Source of the DNA: Tubiluchus corallicola
Lineage: Eukaryota > Animalia > Priapulida
Assembly (NCBI GenBank): GCA_030141605.1
Contig: JAQGDQ010001842.1
Location: forward strand, 1 to 23,540
DNA: 23,540 bases
Direction of reading: 5' to 3'
Below the pieces are notes generated by a model. The model saw nothing but the letters and a program-made list of their open reading frames with translations, was not told the DNA's origin and made no database searches. How positions within the stretch are numbered: position 1 is the first letter of the stretch; each line of letters starts with the position of its first letter. Of this stretch, positions 1 to 10,535 are shown in pieces. The translations under genes were made by a program, and so were the position numbers.

Positions 1-157
1 TCCCCTTATTACACAAAAACTACACTGCACGTAGAGGGCCCTACACCTGACCCGACACAGGTGCCTCCGTAACAATGGTAACAAGTGTGGTCAAGAGTCC
101 CTTTGCAATGGTCGGACGCAGCCCTGCTGTCATTCATTCAAATGCAACTTCTGTTTT

Positions 158-502
158 TGTTGTGGAGATCGCTGACGTCAAGTAGAATTGCATAGAACAT
201 CGTAGAATGTTCCGTTGGAATGACTGCCTTACTGTCTGGATTGTTCTCGAACATTTGTTCTGGAAGTTTCTACAGTGCGCTATATAAGGCGAAGCCACCT
301 GCCGACACGTGATCGCACATCGCACACAGAGCATGCAGATCTAACAAGGACTTATACTTACTCATTTATACTTACTTAGTATAATCATTTCCCGTTCCTT
401 CATACTTGTGTTGTAAGAATTCTCGCTCAATAAAGTAATAATATTTAACGGCGTGTTTTCTGGTTTTCTCTACGAGCCTTCCGAGAGAAACAAAACACAA
501 CA
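158..502 (+). mobile_element. Solo LTR (345 bp), probably BEL/Pao- or Gypsy-type
   Basis: Starts TGTTGTG and ends CACAACA (inverted termini). Perfect 5-bp TSD GTTTT at 153-157 and 503-507. Internal TATATAAGG (~281) and AATAAA (~429). A related copy lies at 13315-13641 in the opposite orientation. Confidence 0.85.
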
Positions 503-535
503 GTTTTTAAATTAGAGAGTAGAGAGAGACTAGAG

Positions 536-2116
536 AGTACTGTACTGTTTCGCAGCCTAGTATTGTACTGTTTCGTAGCCTAGTATTGTACTGTTTCGTA
601 GCCTAGTATTGTACTGTTTCGTAGCCTAGTACTGTACTGTTTCGTAGCCTAGTACTGTACTGTTTCGTAGCCTAGTACTGTACTGTTTCGTAGCCTAGTA
701 CTGTACTGTTTCGTAGCCTAGTACTGTACTGTTTCGTAGCCTAGTACTGTACTGTTTCGTAGCATAGTACTGTACTGTTTCGTTGCCTAGTACTGTACTG
801 TTTCGTAGCCTAGTACTGTACTGTTTCGTAGCCTAGTACTGTACTGTTTCGTAGCCTAGTACTGTACTGTTTCGTAGCCTAGTACTGTACTGTTTCGTAG
901 CCTACTGTATTGTTTCGTAGCCTAGTACTGTACTGTTTCGTAGCCTAGTACTGTACTGTTTCGTAGCCTAGTACTGTACTGTTTCGCAGCCTAGTATTGT
1001 ACTGTTTCGTAGCCTAGTACTGTACTGTTTCGCAGCCTAGTATTGTACTGTTTCGTAGCCTAGTACTGTACTGTTTCGTAGCCTAGTACTGTACTGTTTC
1101 GTAGCCTAGTACTGTACTGTTTCGTACCCTAGTACTGTACTGTTTCGTAGCCTAGTACTGTACTGTTTCGTAGCCTAGTACTGTACTGTTTCGCAGCCTA
1201 GTACTGTACTGTTTCGTAGCCTAGTACTGTACTGTTTCGTAGCCTAGTACTGTACTGTTTCGTAGCCTAGTACTGTACTGTTTCGTTGCCTAGTACTGTA
1301 CTGTTTCGTAGCCTAGTACTGTCCTGTTTCGCAGCCTAGTACTGTACTGTTTCGTAGCCTAGTACTGTACTGTTTCGTAGCCTACTGTATTGTTTCGTAG
1401 CCTAGTACTGTACTGTTTCGTAGCCTAGTACTGTACTGTTTCGTAGCCTAGTACTGTACTGTTTCGTAGCCTAGTACTGTACTGTTTCGTACCCTAGTAC
1501 TGTACTGTTTCGTAGCCTAGTACTGTACTGTTTCGTTGCCTAGTACTGTACTGTTTCGTAGTCTAGTACTGTCCTGTTTCGCAGCCTAGTACTGTACTGT
1601 TTCGTAGCCTAGTACTGTACTGTTTCGTAGCCTACTGTACTGTTTCGTAGCCTAGTACTGTACTGTTTCGTAGCCTAGTACTGTACTGTTTCGTAGCCTA
1701 GTACTGTACTGTTTCGTAGCCTAGTACTGTACTGTTTCGTAGCCTAGTGCTGTACTGTTTCGTAGCCTAGTACTGCACTGTTTCGTAGCCTAGTACTGTA
1801 CTGTTTCGTAGCCTAGTACTGTACTGTTTCGTAGCCTAGTACTGTTACTGTTTCGCAGCCTAGTACTGTACTGTTTCGTAGCCTAGTACTGTCCTGTTTC
1901 GCAGCCTAGTACTGTACTGTTTCGTAGCCTAGTACTGTACTGTTTCGTAGCCTAGTACTGTACTGTTTCGTAGCCTAGTACTGCACTGTTTCATAGCCTA
2001 GTACTGTACTGTTTCGTAGCCTAGCACTGTACTGTTTCGTAGCCTAGTACTGTACTGTTTCGTAGCCTAGTACTGTACTGTTTCGTACCCTAGTACTGTA
2101 CTGTTTCGCAGCCTAG
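536..2116. repeat. 23-bp minisatellite (TAGTACTGTACTGTTTCGTAGCC)n, about 68 copies
   Basis: Directly visible, highly homogeneous array with recurrent variants (GCAGCC, GTTGCC, 3-bp-deleted units at ~901, ~1381, ~1631). Confidence 0.97.
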
Positions 2117-2579
2117 CAAAGATTGAAAACCACGACGAAATGTTGCCACAGTTCAAAAGGCAGGTTTTTACATGTTCTTTTCCTTTAATTCATTTTGTCA
2201 GCATCCCTTTGCGTTCCGCCGACGTAGTTCGATTTAACAGAGAAATTTTATTTTAGACTCTCAGTAACACAATTTACATTCATTCCAAGGTTCATGCTGA
2301 GTAAGAAAATCAAATCTTTAGCAGCCGTTCAATACGCATGATGCGCCTTCATTACAGACAACTGATTTAACTCCCTCGTGTCATTAATGCAAAATAATCT
2401 TTCTTTGTGCTTGAGTAAAATTGATTAGAGCAATCTGGGAACTCTTTGATCAGCTGCCGTCTGTTGACAGTCCCGCGTGCGTTGTCGCGTGATCAATTAT
2501 TGTAACAGGACGCATGACAAATTCGCTTTCCGCGTGTTTTCCGTCCTCTTAATGGTAACAGCAAAAATAACAAATTAGT

Positions 2580-2632
2580 TGAAAAGAAGCCAGTATTTTG
2601 CACTATGAAAAGAAGCCAGTGTTTTTGCACTA
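2580..2632. repeat. Short tandem duplication (26-27 bp x2)
   Basis: TGAAAAGAAGCCAGT(A/GT)TTTTGCACTA occurs twice in tandem. Confidence 0.85.
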
Positions 2633-2670
2633 GAATGTAAATCAATATGAAATCTATTTTTATTAAAGGC

Positions 2671-2862
2671 ATTTAAAAACATTTGTAGTTAAAAACAACA
2701 CAACTTTATTAAAAACTTTTATATTAAAAAGTTAAAATCAGACCAAACGTTTCGACATGCTGCTGCTGTCATCATCAGTGGTAAATTTACAAACATACAA
2801 TTAGTTTATGTAAGCAGAGCCTGTTATGCACTAATTAAGTAGTTAATAGAAGCCAAATAGGT
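2671..2862 (-). mobile_element. Penelope-like element terminal repeat (pLTR) remnant, copy 1
   Basis: About 190 bp shared with 21352-21556. On the minus strand it carries a minimal hammerhead followed by AATAAA (2705-2710), the layout known for PLE pLTRs. Confidence 0.7.
2742..2782 (-). ncRNA. Minimal type I hammerhead ribozyme, core intact
   Basis: Minus strand reads ACCA-CUGAUGA-U-GACA-gcagcagca-UGUC-GAAAC-GUU-UGGU. Stem I ACCA/UGGU, stem II GACA/UGUC, palindromic loopless stem III (AACGUU), GUU cleavage triplet. Confidence 0.8.
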
Positions 2863-2990
2863 AATGAATAAGCAGACCAGTAGAAAATACGGTAAATTAA
2901 GCATGTCTTTAGTGGTCTGTTTATTCATTACCTATTTACCTGCTCACAACTTTACGATTTACGTTTTTTCTAGGTTAAACGTCTCAAAAT

Positions 2991-3478
2991 TGTACTGTAT
3001 TGTGTTGTGTTGTGTTGTGTTGTGTCGTGTCGTGTCGTGTCGTGTCGTGTCGTGTCGTGTCGCGTCGCGTCGCGTAGCGTCGCGTCGCGTTGCGTTGCAT
3101 TGCATTGCATTGTATTGTATTATATTGTGTTATGTTATATTATGTCATGTCATGTCATGTTTTGTTTTGTCATGTCATGTCATGTCATGTCATGTCATGT
3201 CATGTCATGTCATGTCATGTCATGTCATGTTTTGTTTTGTTTTGTTTTGTTTTGTTTTGTCATGTCATGTCATGTCATGTCATGTCATGTTTTGTTTTGT
3301 TTTGTTTTGTTTTGTCATGTCATGTCATGTCATGTCATGTCATGTCATGTCATGTCATGTCATGTCATGTCATGTCATGTCATGTCATGTCATGTCATGT
3401 CATGTCATGTCATGTCATGTCATGTCATGTCATGTCATGTCATGTCAGATAATATCATATCAGATCATATTATATTAC
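2991..3478. repeat. Compound pentanucleotide microsatellite (TGTCA, TGTTT, TGTCG, CGTCG, TGCAT, TATAT variants)
   Basis: Visible 5-nt periodicity; source of the artefactual VMSCH/VLFCF ORFs. Confidence 0.97.
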
Positions 3479-4108
3479 AAAGTTTAGTGCACATTTTAAT
3501 GAGATGCATTCAATTTTAAGGTATTGTTTTTATAAATTTTATTTTTGTGCGTCATTTTACGTTTCACAAAGTCAACGAACGTGCGCCTGCTGATTTCTTC
3601 CATTAGTACTATTTTAATATATGTATATATGTCAATAAATAAAAATAAAGAAATGGTATCTAAAACTAAAGCATCTCAGTTGGTCTCCCAGGTTGAACAT
3701 CAAACAACCAATTGTTTTTTTGGCACAAGTTTCGACAAACATTACGGAACTAGGAAAATCTCTGTTTTCTTTTTCTGAGTCATTTATTGATTCCTACAAC
3801 TGATTAGGTTTCATTAGTTGTGCTATAGCAGTGACCTCCGAACGTTTTCCCATTTCTATCCCTGTCCGGAAGATAATTTATCACTTTTATTATTATGATT
3901 CATGGGATGGAAGTTCTCATGAAGACCCATCACGCTGTGCAAACGGCACCAATCAGCATCATCAAAGAAGCGGGCGTCGCGTCAAATTGGTCAATTTCCG
4001 CATCCTGAATAACGAGCTTGACCAAAATAATGGCTTAATGCCTTCCTTTGTATGGCAACCCTTGCGCTGAATTTGTGCACTGAATGTCAATTGGAGCTTG
4101 CTCATATC

Positions 4109-4214
4109 TGGCTCAAGATTGGTCTGCTTGCGTGCGTTCTCGAAAGGGGATAAGCACAAGATGGCTCAAGATTGGTCTGCTTGCGTGCGTTCTTGAAAGG
4201 GGATAATCACAAGA
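4109..4214. repeat. 53-bp tandem duplication
   Basis: TGGCTCAAGATTGGTCTGCTTGCGTGCGTTCTYGAAAGGGGATAA begins at 4109 and again at 4162. Confidence 0.9.
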
Positions 4215-4697
4215 TTCGTTCACTCGCTTGCAATATTGAAAAAGAAAATATCTGTAATAAACGCAGTTTCTTTTTCCTGATTGCATGCAAAAAGGGGAAT
4301 CTTGCTGTTACTAGTACTAAGCAAATAGGCGTGATGTGGTAATATGGTTCGTTTTGCACTAAGCCAGCGCGTACAGAACCAGGGAATTCCATTATGTCTT
4401 CCTCCTGGAGAAGTTTAATAAATCTGGACAACTGCGATCGTTATTTCAGCACGGGACACTTTCAAGATTGCACTACTTGCGCCTGTGACAGGCAGCTGCA
4501 CCCCGGATTCGATTTAGCACGCAGCAAATGAGCAATCAGTCGCAAATGACATGAGCAGCTGGGTCCACAGAGATGCGTAACTACGCAATAATTGAATGCA
4601 TGTCGTGACGTCATCTTGTCAATTTGGAAAAATTATTGGTGTAGAATAATTTAATTACTATGTCCACTCGTATTGGAAACTAAATACATCGGTGTTC

Positions 4698-4931
4698 ACT
4701 GACTGATTGGTTAAAGTTGGCTGGCTGCTTGGTTGGTTGCCTAGTTGGTTGGTCAGCTAGGCTAGTTGATCGGTTGTTTAGTTGGTTTGTTCGTTTGTTT
4801 GTTTCTTGGTTCGTTGGTTGGCTGGTTAGTCGGTCGTTTCTTGGGTACTTTATTACTTTTAGTTAGTTGATTGGTTAATTAGTCGGTCGGTCGGGTGGTG
4901 GGTGCTTGACTGATTGATTATTTGGTTAGTT
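4698..4931. repeat. Degenerate tetranucleotide repeat (GGTT/GGCT/AGTT/GGTC)
   Basis: Visible 4-nt periodicity with many substitutions. Confidence 0.85.
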
Positions 4932-5024
4932 GTCTAGCAGACTGGCTGCCTGGCAGCATGGCAACCATCGTTTCCAGGTAGTTTGATTGACAGGTTTATT
5001 TGCTTGTGTCGTATAGTGACTATA

Positions 5025-5551
<527 letters not shown>

Positions 5552-6019
5552 AATTAACATGAGTAGGAAGCTTGCATGAGCGCGCATGACAGTCAATATT
5601 TTCATAATAAATCAGCTTTTCATTATATGCAAATGCTATTCGCGGGATGCGTATTATTACGTTAACTACATTGCGTGCGTACTTGTCCACGAAACGTGAG
5701 ACCTGGTGTCGAATTATCAATACCAGTCGTAATTTCCTAACGCTTTTTTGACAAAAAGACAAGCGCGTAGCACTTCCGGTAGAATCGATTTTCCATAATA
5801 ATTCCCGCGTCACGGGATAATTTACGTAATAAATGCGTAATCGAAACAGGATTAAGTTGGGTCACGTACGACGTTTTGCGGGATCTTCGAGAGCAAAGAT
5901 TTGGTTGAAATGCTGTAGTAGTTTTGAAGGAAAGATCAAGCCATCATCTGAGAATGAACCCAACGTACTGACATACTTTTCTTTTTTCAGAAAATTACTA
6001 TAAAAAATTGTTGAATAAC

Positions 6020-7775
6020 TTATATATTTATATTAATTCTTTATTTGTCATAAAAATTGTTCACTCATTATAATAAAATTGAGTAAGCCTCAGCGTAATG
6101 TTAAGATAACAACACTGTTCAAGACAAATGCGACCAGTGCATACTAAAAAAAACTAAAATGCAAAACTATATACAATAAATGAACATATTTACAAACACC
6201 ATATTAAAATATTTTTACAAAACAATTTTACGAAAGTACATTAAATTTTACATGACATATTTTACACTATATATACATTTGACATGACGCAATTAACAGA
6301 AACATGCTTTACATTACATAAATTTCACTCATTACATTTATACTATTTATACATTTGACATTACAAAACTAACATAACACGTATTACATTACATAATTTT
6401 TTTAAAAAAATTTCATTTTTAATCGTTATATGGAGTCAGGGGCGGGGGTAGATGAAAGTGGAGTCTGTGTAATTAGTATCAGATGCACAATGTGGAAGTT
6501 GAAACCTGTTACATTGATATTCTTTTAATTTCTTTTTAAAGTGGTGGAGAGATATTTGTTTTATTTCACTGGGTAGTAAGTTCCATAAATGTATGGCCTG
6601 TTTTGATATAGAGTTATTTCCAAATTTATTGTTTACTGTAATTTGCTTTAAATTGTATGTTCTAGTGTTTAAAGTGGTATCAGGAATGAATGCTAAGGGA
6701 TTGTTTATAAATGGAATGCTCAGTTTATTGATATATTTATAAAGAAATATCAGTGTTTTGTAATCTCGATAGGCTTCTAATATTGGTATTTTTGTGGACG
6801 TTCTTAAGCTTGTTGCAGAAGCAGCATGTTGTTTAGCAGTTTTGTTAGAGTAGCCATGAATTAATCTAAGTGCGTAGTTTTGCATTGTATTTAGTTTTCT
6901 AAAGTTTTCATATTTAACGTTTTGAAGTAAAGTGCAACCATATAGATAATGTGGTAATATTAGACTTTTGTAGGTGAGAATTTTTGTTTTCTTGGTTAGA
7001 TGGCCTCTGGTTTGGCGTAAGAATGTCGTGCTTAATGTCATCTTGTTGTGTATTTGATGAAACTGTTCATCCCAAGTGAGTTTATTGTCGACAGTAATGC
7101 CTAAAAATTTTACAGTTTTTGCTTGTTCTATGGAACAGTCACCTACTTTTAGTGTTGCATTAGAAGTAATGTCATTTGATTTGGGTGATATTACCATAAA
7201 TTCTGTCTTATCATCATTCATTTTTAAAGCAAAATAGTTAAATGCTGTATTTATACTAGATTATTTTTTGATGTTAGAAAGTCTGCGTGTGCTGTATAGA
7301 TAGTTGTATCATCGGCATATTGTGTTGTCCGAATTATGTAAAACTAAATGAATTTTATTAACATATAAACAAAAGAGTAAAGGACCTAATATCGTACCTT
7401 GCGGGATGCCTCTTTGTGGTGTGGCCCATGTTGAAAAAGTGTGTTTGCTCAACTTGACTCTTTCTATTGTGTAGGTAATTATTATTTAGTTTGAGAGAAG
7501 TATAATCGAATCCTAGTTGGCGTAAGTTGTCTAGTAGTAAATTGTGATCGAGGCTGTCAAAAGCTTTACTTAGATCTAAAAATGCTGCTGTTAAATATTT
7601 ATTTTTATTTAAGTTGTAACGCCACTTTTCAGTGGCATCAATTATCGCGTCTATTGTAGAATGTAGTTTTCTAAAACCAAATTGATGATTTGACAGTAAC
7701 TTATATTTTCAATGTAATGATTTATTTGGTTGTAGATAGGTTTGTTTGGCTAAGTATGTGAAAGAGTTATCAAAT
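6020..7775 (-). mobile_element. 5'-truncated, decayed non-LTR retrotransposon of the CR1/L2 group
   Basis: Frameshifted RT motifs on the minus strand: HQFGFRKLHST, AAFLDL..KAFDSLDH, GIPQGTILGPLLF, QYADDTT. Open C-terminal part at 6436-7221 (KTEFM, KFLGITVDNKLTW, LWNLLP). AT-rich 3' UTR with AATAAA at 6040-6045. Confidence 0.9.
6436..7221 (-). pseudogene. C-terminal part of LINE ORF2 (end of RT and downstream region)
   Basis: 261-aa open frame with typical CR1/L2 ORF2 motifs; the catalytic region upstream is frameshifted. Confidence 0.85.
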
Positions 7776-8125
7776 AAAGTAACTTAAAGGCGATGGAAGT
7801 GCATCATCTGAAACAAAGTACTAAAGTTTGTACTTTTACATGCAAAAGCATGTGCATGATTGCGTGTGATAAGATAGTAACCTAGTACGCTTCGCATTCA
7901 ATACTGGCTTTTTTACAATGTTACCTACAACGTATTAGTAACACAAATGCGTCAAATAGGTGAACGGAACTTATCTACGTATTTAAAAACATTTTATTGT
8001 ATAATTCAATTTCTGTTACACTGTTAACTATATTGAATTACAAAAAAATGAAGGAAGCTTAATCCATTTAAAATTACATTTAACTTCTAATTACATTGCG
8101 TTTGAACTTAATACATTTAATACAC

Positions 8126-8480
8126 ACACTTTATTGTACAATTCAACTTTGTGACTATCTTCTAAACCATAATGAACTATAATAGCACAAATATCTAATC
8201 AAAATTCACTTAACACTTTATTGTACAATTCAACTGTATGACTATCTTCTAAACCATAATGAACTATAATAGCACAAATATCTAATCAAAATTCACTTAA
8301 CACTTTATTGTACAATTCAACTTTATGACTATCTTCTAAACCATAATGAACTATAATAGCACAAATATCTAATCAAAATTCACTTAACACTTTATTGTAC
8401 AATTCAACTGTATGACTATCTTCTAAACCATAATGAACTATAATACATGTAGCACAAATATCTAATCAAAATTCACTCAA
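8126..8480. repeat. 87-bp tandem repeat x4 in the putative 3' UTR of the WAP/TY gene
   Basis: Units start at 8126, 8213, 8300 and 8387. Each contains TTTATT (AATAAA on the gene strand). Degenerate flanking copies at ~7990 and ~8480-8755. Confidence 0.93.
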
Positions 8481-8760
8481 CAACTATTTTTATGTAATTC
8501 TCCTTTCATACTTATTAGCTGTAAAGTCTAAAATGAATTATTAATACTACAACGCAACAGTATCAAAGAAACTTACTTTTACCTACCTACTTCATGAAAA
8601 AACTTCATTCAACAATCAAGAATTTTTGAATATTGCAATTATAGTGAATTAATAATACGCACACGTGAACGAAACTTACTACTGTACCTCGAAACACTTC
8701 ATTACATAGTCTGACTTTTTCATATGTTATTAGATATAATGAATTAATAACACAGACAAT

Positions 8761-10254
8761 TTAAAGAAGAGATTTTACTGTATAATAATAAAACAGAAGA
8801 CAGGATTTCAGTAGAACCAGATTCAAGATCTGCACTGCTCCACCTCCAGGTGGATTATAAGATGTTGTAGTATTAGCCGTTGTCATTGTAGTACCTTCTT
8901 CTTTGTACATGAATATGCATTCTGGAAGCTGAGGACAGAACTCATCATCACACTCTATTGGTATGGGTCTGCACTTACCATCAAAGATGAAATCAGGACG
9001 AATAGGCCATGGGCCTATAGGACAAGGTATTGGAGGACAAGGATTAGGCAAGCATTTGTCACAGTCTAGGCACCCACTTGGGAACATTTCGAATCCGAAT
9101 GGGCATGGTATTGGTGATGGTGTTGCACAGATAGGACATGGAGTTGGAAGCACAAAGGATTTGGCACATTTGGCAATAGCACCATTTCTCACTCTTGTGC
9201 CTGGTATCTCGACACCTTTCTTGTCGACACACCACGATTGTTTGAAATACTCATGAATTTGTACTGGGTTGTATTTACCGTTTTTAAGGCAATCAGGGCG
9301 GTGAATTCCGAGTGACAGAAGAAGGTCCGCATGGATCTGCCCTCGTTGACATTTTGTTAACTTAGGTGGAGTACAAACAAGGCTGGGACATCCTGACAGT
9401 TTACAACACAATCTAGTTCTTGGGCAATCCTTGTGATTTTCGCATTCGTTTCCAATCCTTGGGCAAGGTCTGGTCATTCCTTTGACATTCCATGCTTCCA
9501 GCCAAACCTTTTTAGGACAGGAACCATACTTTGGCAATTCAAAAGGAGGAACAGGAGTGGTAACTTCTATGTCCTTATATTTAAATTCACACTCTGGAAG
9601 ATTAGGGCAGTAATCATCTTCACAAGTTACAACTAAGCTATTGCATATACCTGTTAGTTCAATGTAATAATGCACTTCGCTGGTGCCAGATGGACATTTT
9701 ATTGATTCACAAAGATCTGGCCTGCATTTGTCACAAGATGGGCATCCATCAACCATATCAAAACCATACGGGCATTGTTTTGGTGTACATTCTTTCGGCT
9801 TAAAGTCGCACAAAGTAGGATGAAGCATATCCTCAACACATTTGGCAACACGACCCTTACCTGTAACTCTTGAGTTGGGTTTTTCATAGCCGTACTTGTC
9901 AACACACCAGGAAGCTTCGTTATATTCGTCTATTTGCACTGGGTTCCATTTACCGTTATCAAGGCAATCAGGGCGATGATGACCAAGCATCCTAATGAGG
10001 TCAGCATGTCTTTGCCGTACCTGGCAGTGTGTTAACTTAGGAATAATGCACTGTTTAACCTCACAGTTGGGATTTTCACAGCATAATCTCGATTCTGGGC
10101 AATCGTAGTGAGTTCTGCATGCATATATCCTAGGGCATATTTTGGGCCAATCGGGCCGAGCTGACAAACAAGTGCCCCATTTTGGAAAGAGGATAGCACT
10201 GCTGAAATCACATAGCTGAAGCAGTAGAACAAAGCTAGTTATTAGGTAAAACAT
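8761..10254 (-). CDS. Secreted, probably GPI-anchored cysteine-rich multidomain protease-inhibitor-like protein: signal peptide + 2x[WAP, thyroglobulin type-1, antistasin-like, 6-Cys module], 497 aa
   Basis: Uninterrupted 1494-bp non-repetitive ORF; first ATG at 10254 (the track starts at an upstream TTG). Signal peptide MFYLITSFVLLLQLCDFSSA. WAP motif KxGxC...C..DC...CC...C...C (8 Cys). TY motifs PDC..NG.(W/Y)NPVQ and WCVD..G.E. Antistasin-like CP(Y/F)GF....GC..C..C. Thr-rich stalk, GGGA and a hydrophobic C-terminus. Confidence 0.92.
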   Translation of the reverse strand: MFYLITSFVLLLQLCDFSSAILFPKWGTCLSARPDWPKICPRIYACRTHYDCPESRLCCENPNCEVKQCIIPKLTHCQVRQRHADLIRMLGHHRPDCLDNGKWNPVQIDEYNEASWCVDKYGYEKPNSRVTGKGRVAKCVEDMLHPTLCDFKPKECTPKQCPYGFDMVDGCPSCDKCRPDLCESIKCPSGTSEVHYYIELTGICNSLVVTCEDDYCPNLPECEFKYKDIEVTTPVPPFELPKYGSCPKKVWLEAWNVKGMTRPCPRIGNECENHKDCPRTRLCCKLSGCPSLVCTPPKLTKCQRGQIHADLLLSLGIHRPDCLKNGKYNPVQIHEYFKQSWCVDKKGVEIPGTRVRNGAIAKCAKSFVLPTPCPICATPSPIPCPFGFEMFPSGCLDCDKCLPNPCPPIPCPIGPWPIRPDFIFDGKCRPIPIECDDEFCPQLPECIFMYKEEGTTMTTANTTTSYNPPGGGAVQILNLVLLKSCLLFYYYTVKSLL

Positions 10255-10503
10255 GCCTGTAGTTGATGCTGCTGTCAAACAGTAAAATCTGGTGGTTCTT
10301 AATATAACGAGGTTTTACCTTCCAGTACTGTAATGCTCAAAGAAATGCTGTTCGTTTCCTCTCTTCCCAAGCGTTACTTCGTTTAGGAAGTCTTTGGTGT
10401 TCAGCCTTGCTTTTATCGCAGTTTTCTGTAGTATAATCTAACGTCACTTAAAACTTCGCTCATTTTTGTAGAAGTCCATCAACAGTGACTCACATCATAT
10501 GGC

Positions 10504-10535
10504 AACTGACACCGTCCGTTGAAGTTCATTTTATA
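10504..10535 (-). promoter_or_regulatory. Candidate core promoter (TATA + Inr) for the WAP/TY gene
   Basis: TATAAAA at 10535-10529 and TCAGTT (Inr-like) at 10509-10504, a 28-nt spacing, about 250 nt upstream of the ATG. Motif evidence only. Confidence 0.35.

Noticed and set aside
2864-3519. Cys-rich ORFs (VMSCH repeats)
   Set aside because: Translations of a pentanucleotide microsatellite that is open in all three frames.
5965-5992. Strong-looking branch point and acceptor (TACTGAC..TTTTTTCAG) on the plus strand
   Set aside because: No plausible exon follows; the sequence runs straight into the LINE 3' end.
8963-10232. Short overlapping or antisense ORFs within the WAP/TY gene
   Set aside because: Shadow frames of a real CDS with no recognisable motifs.
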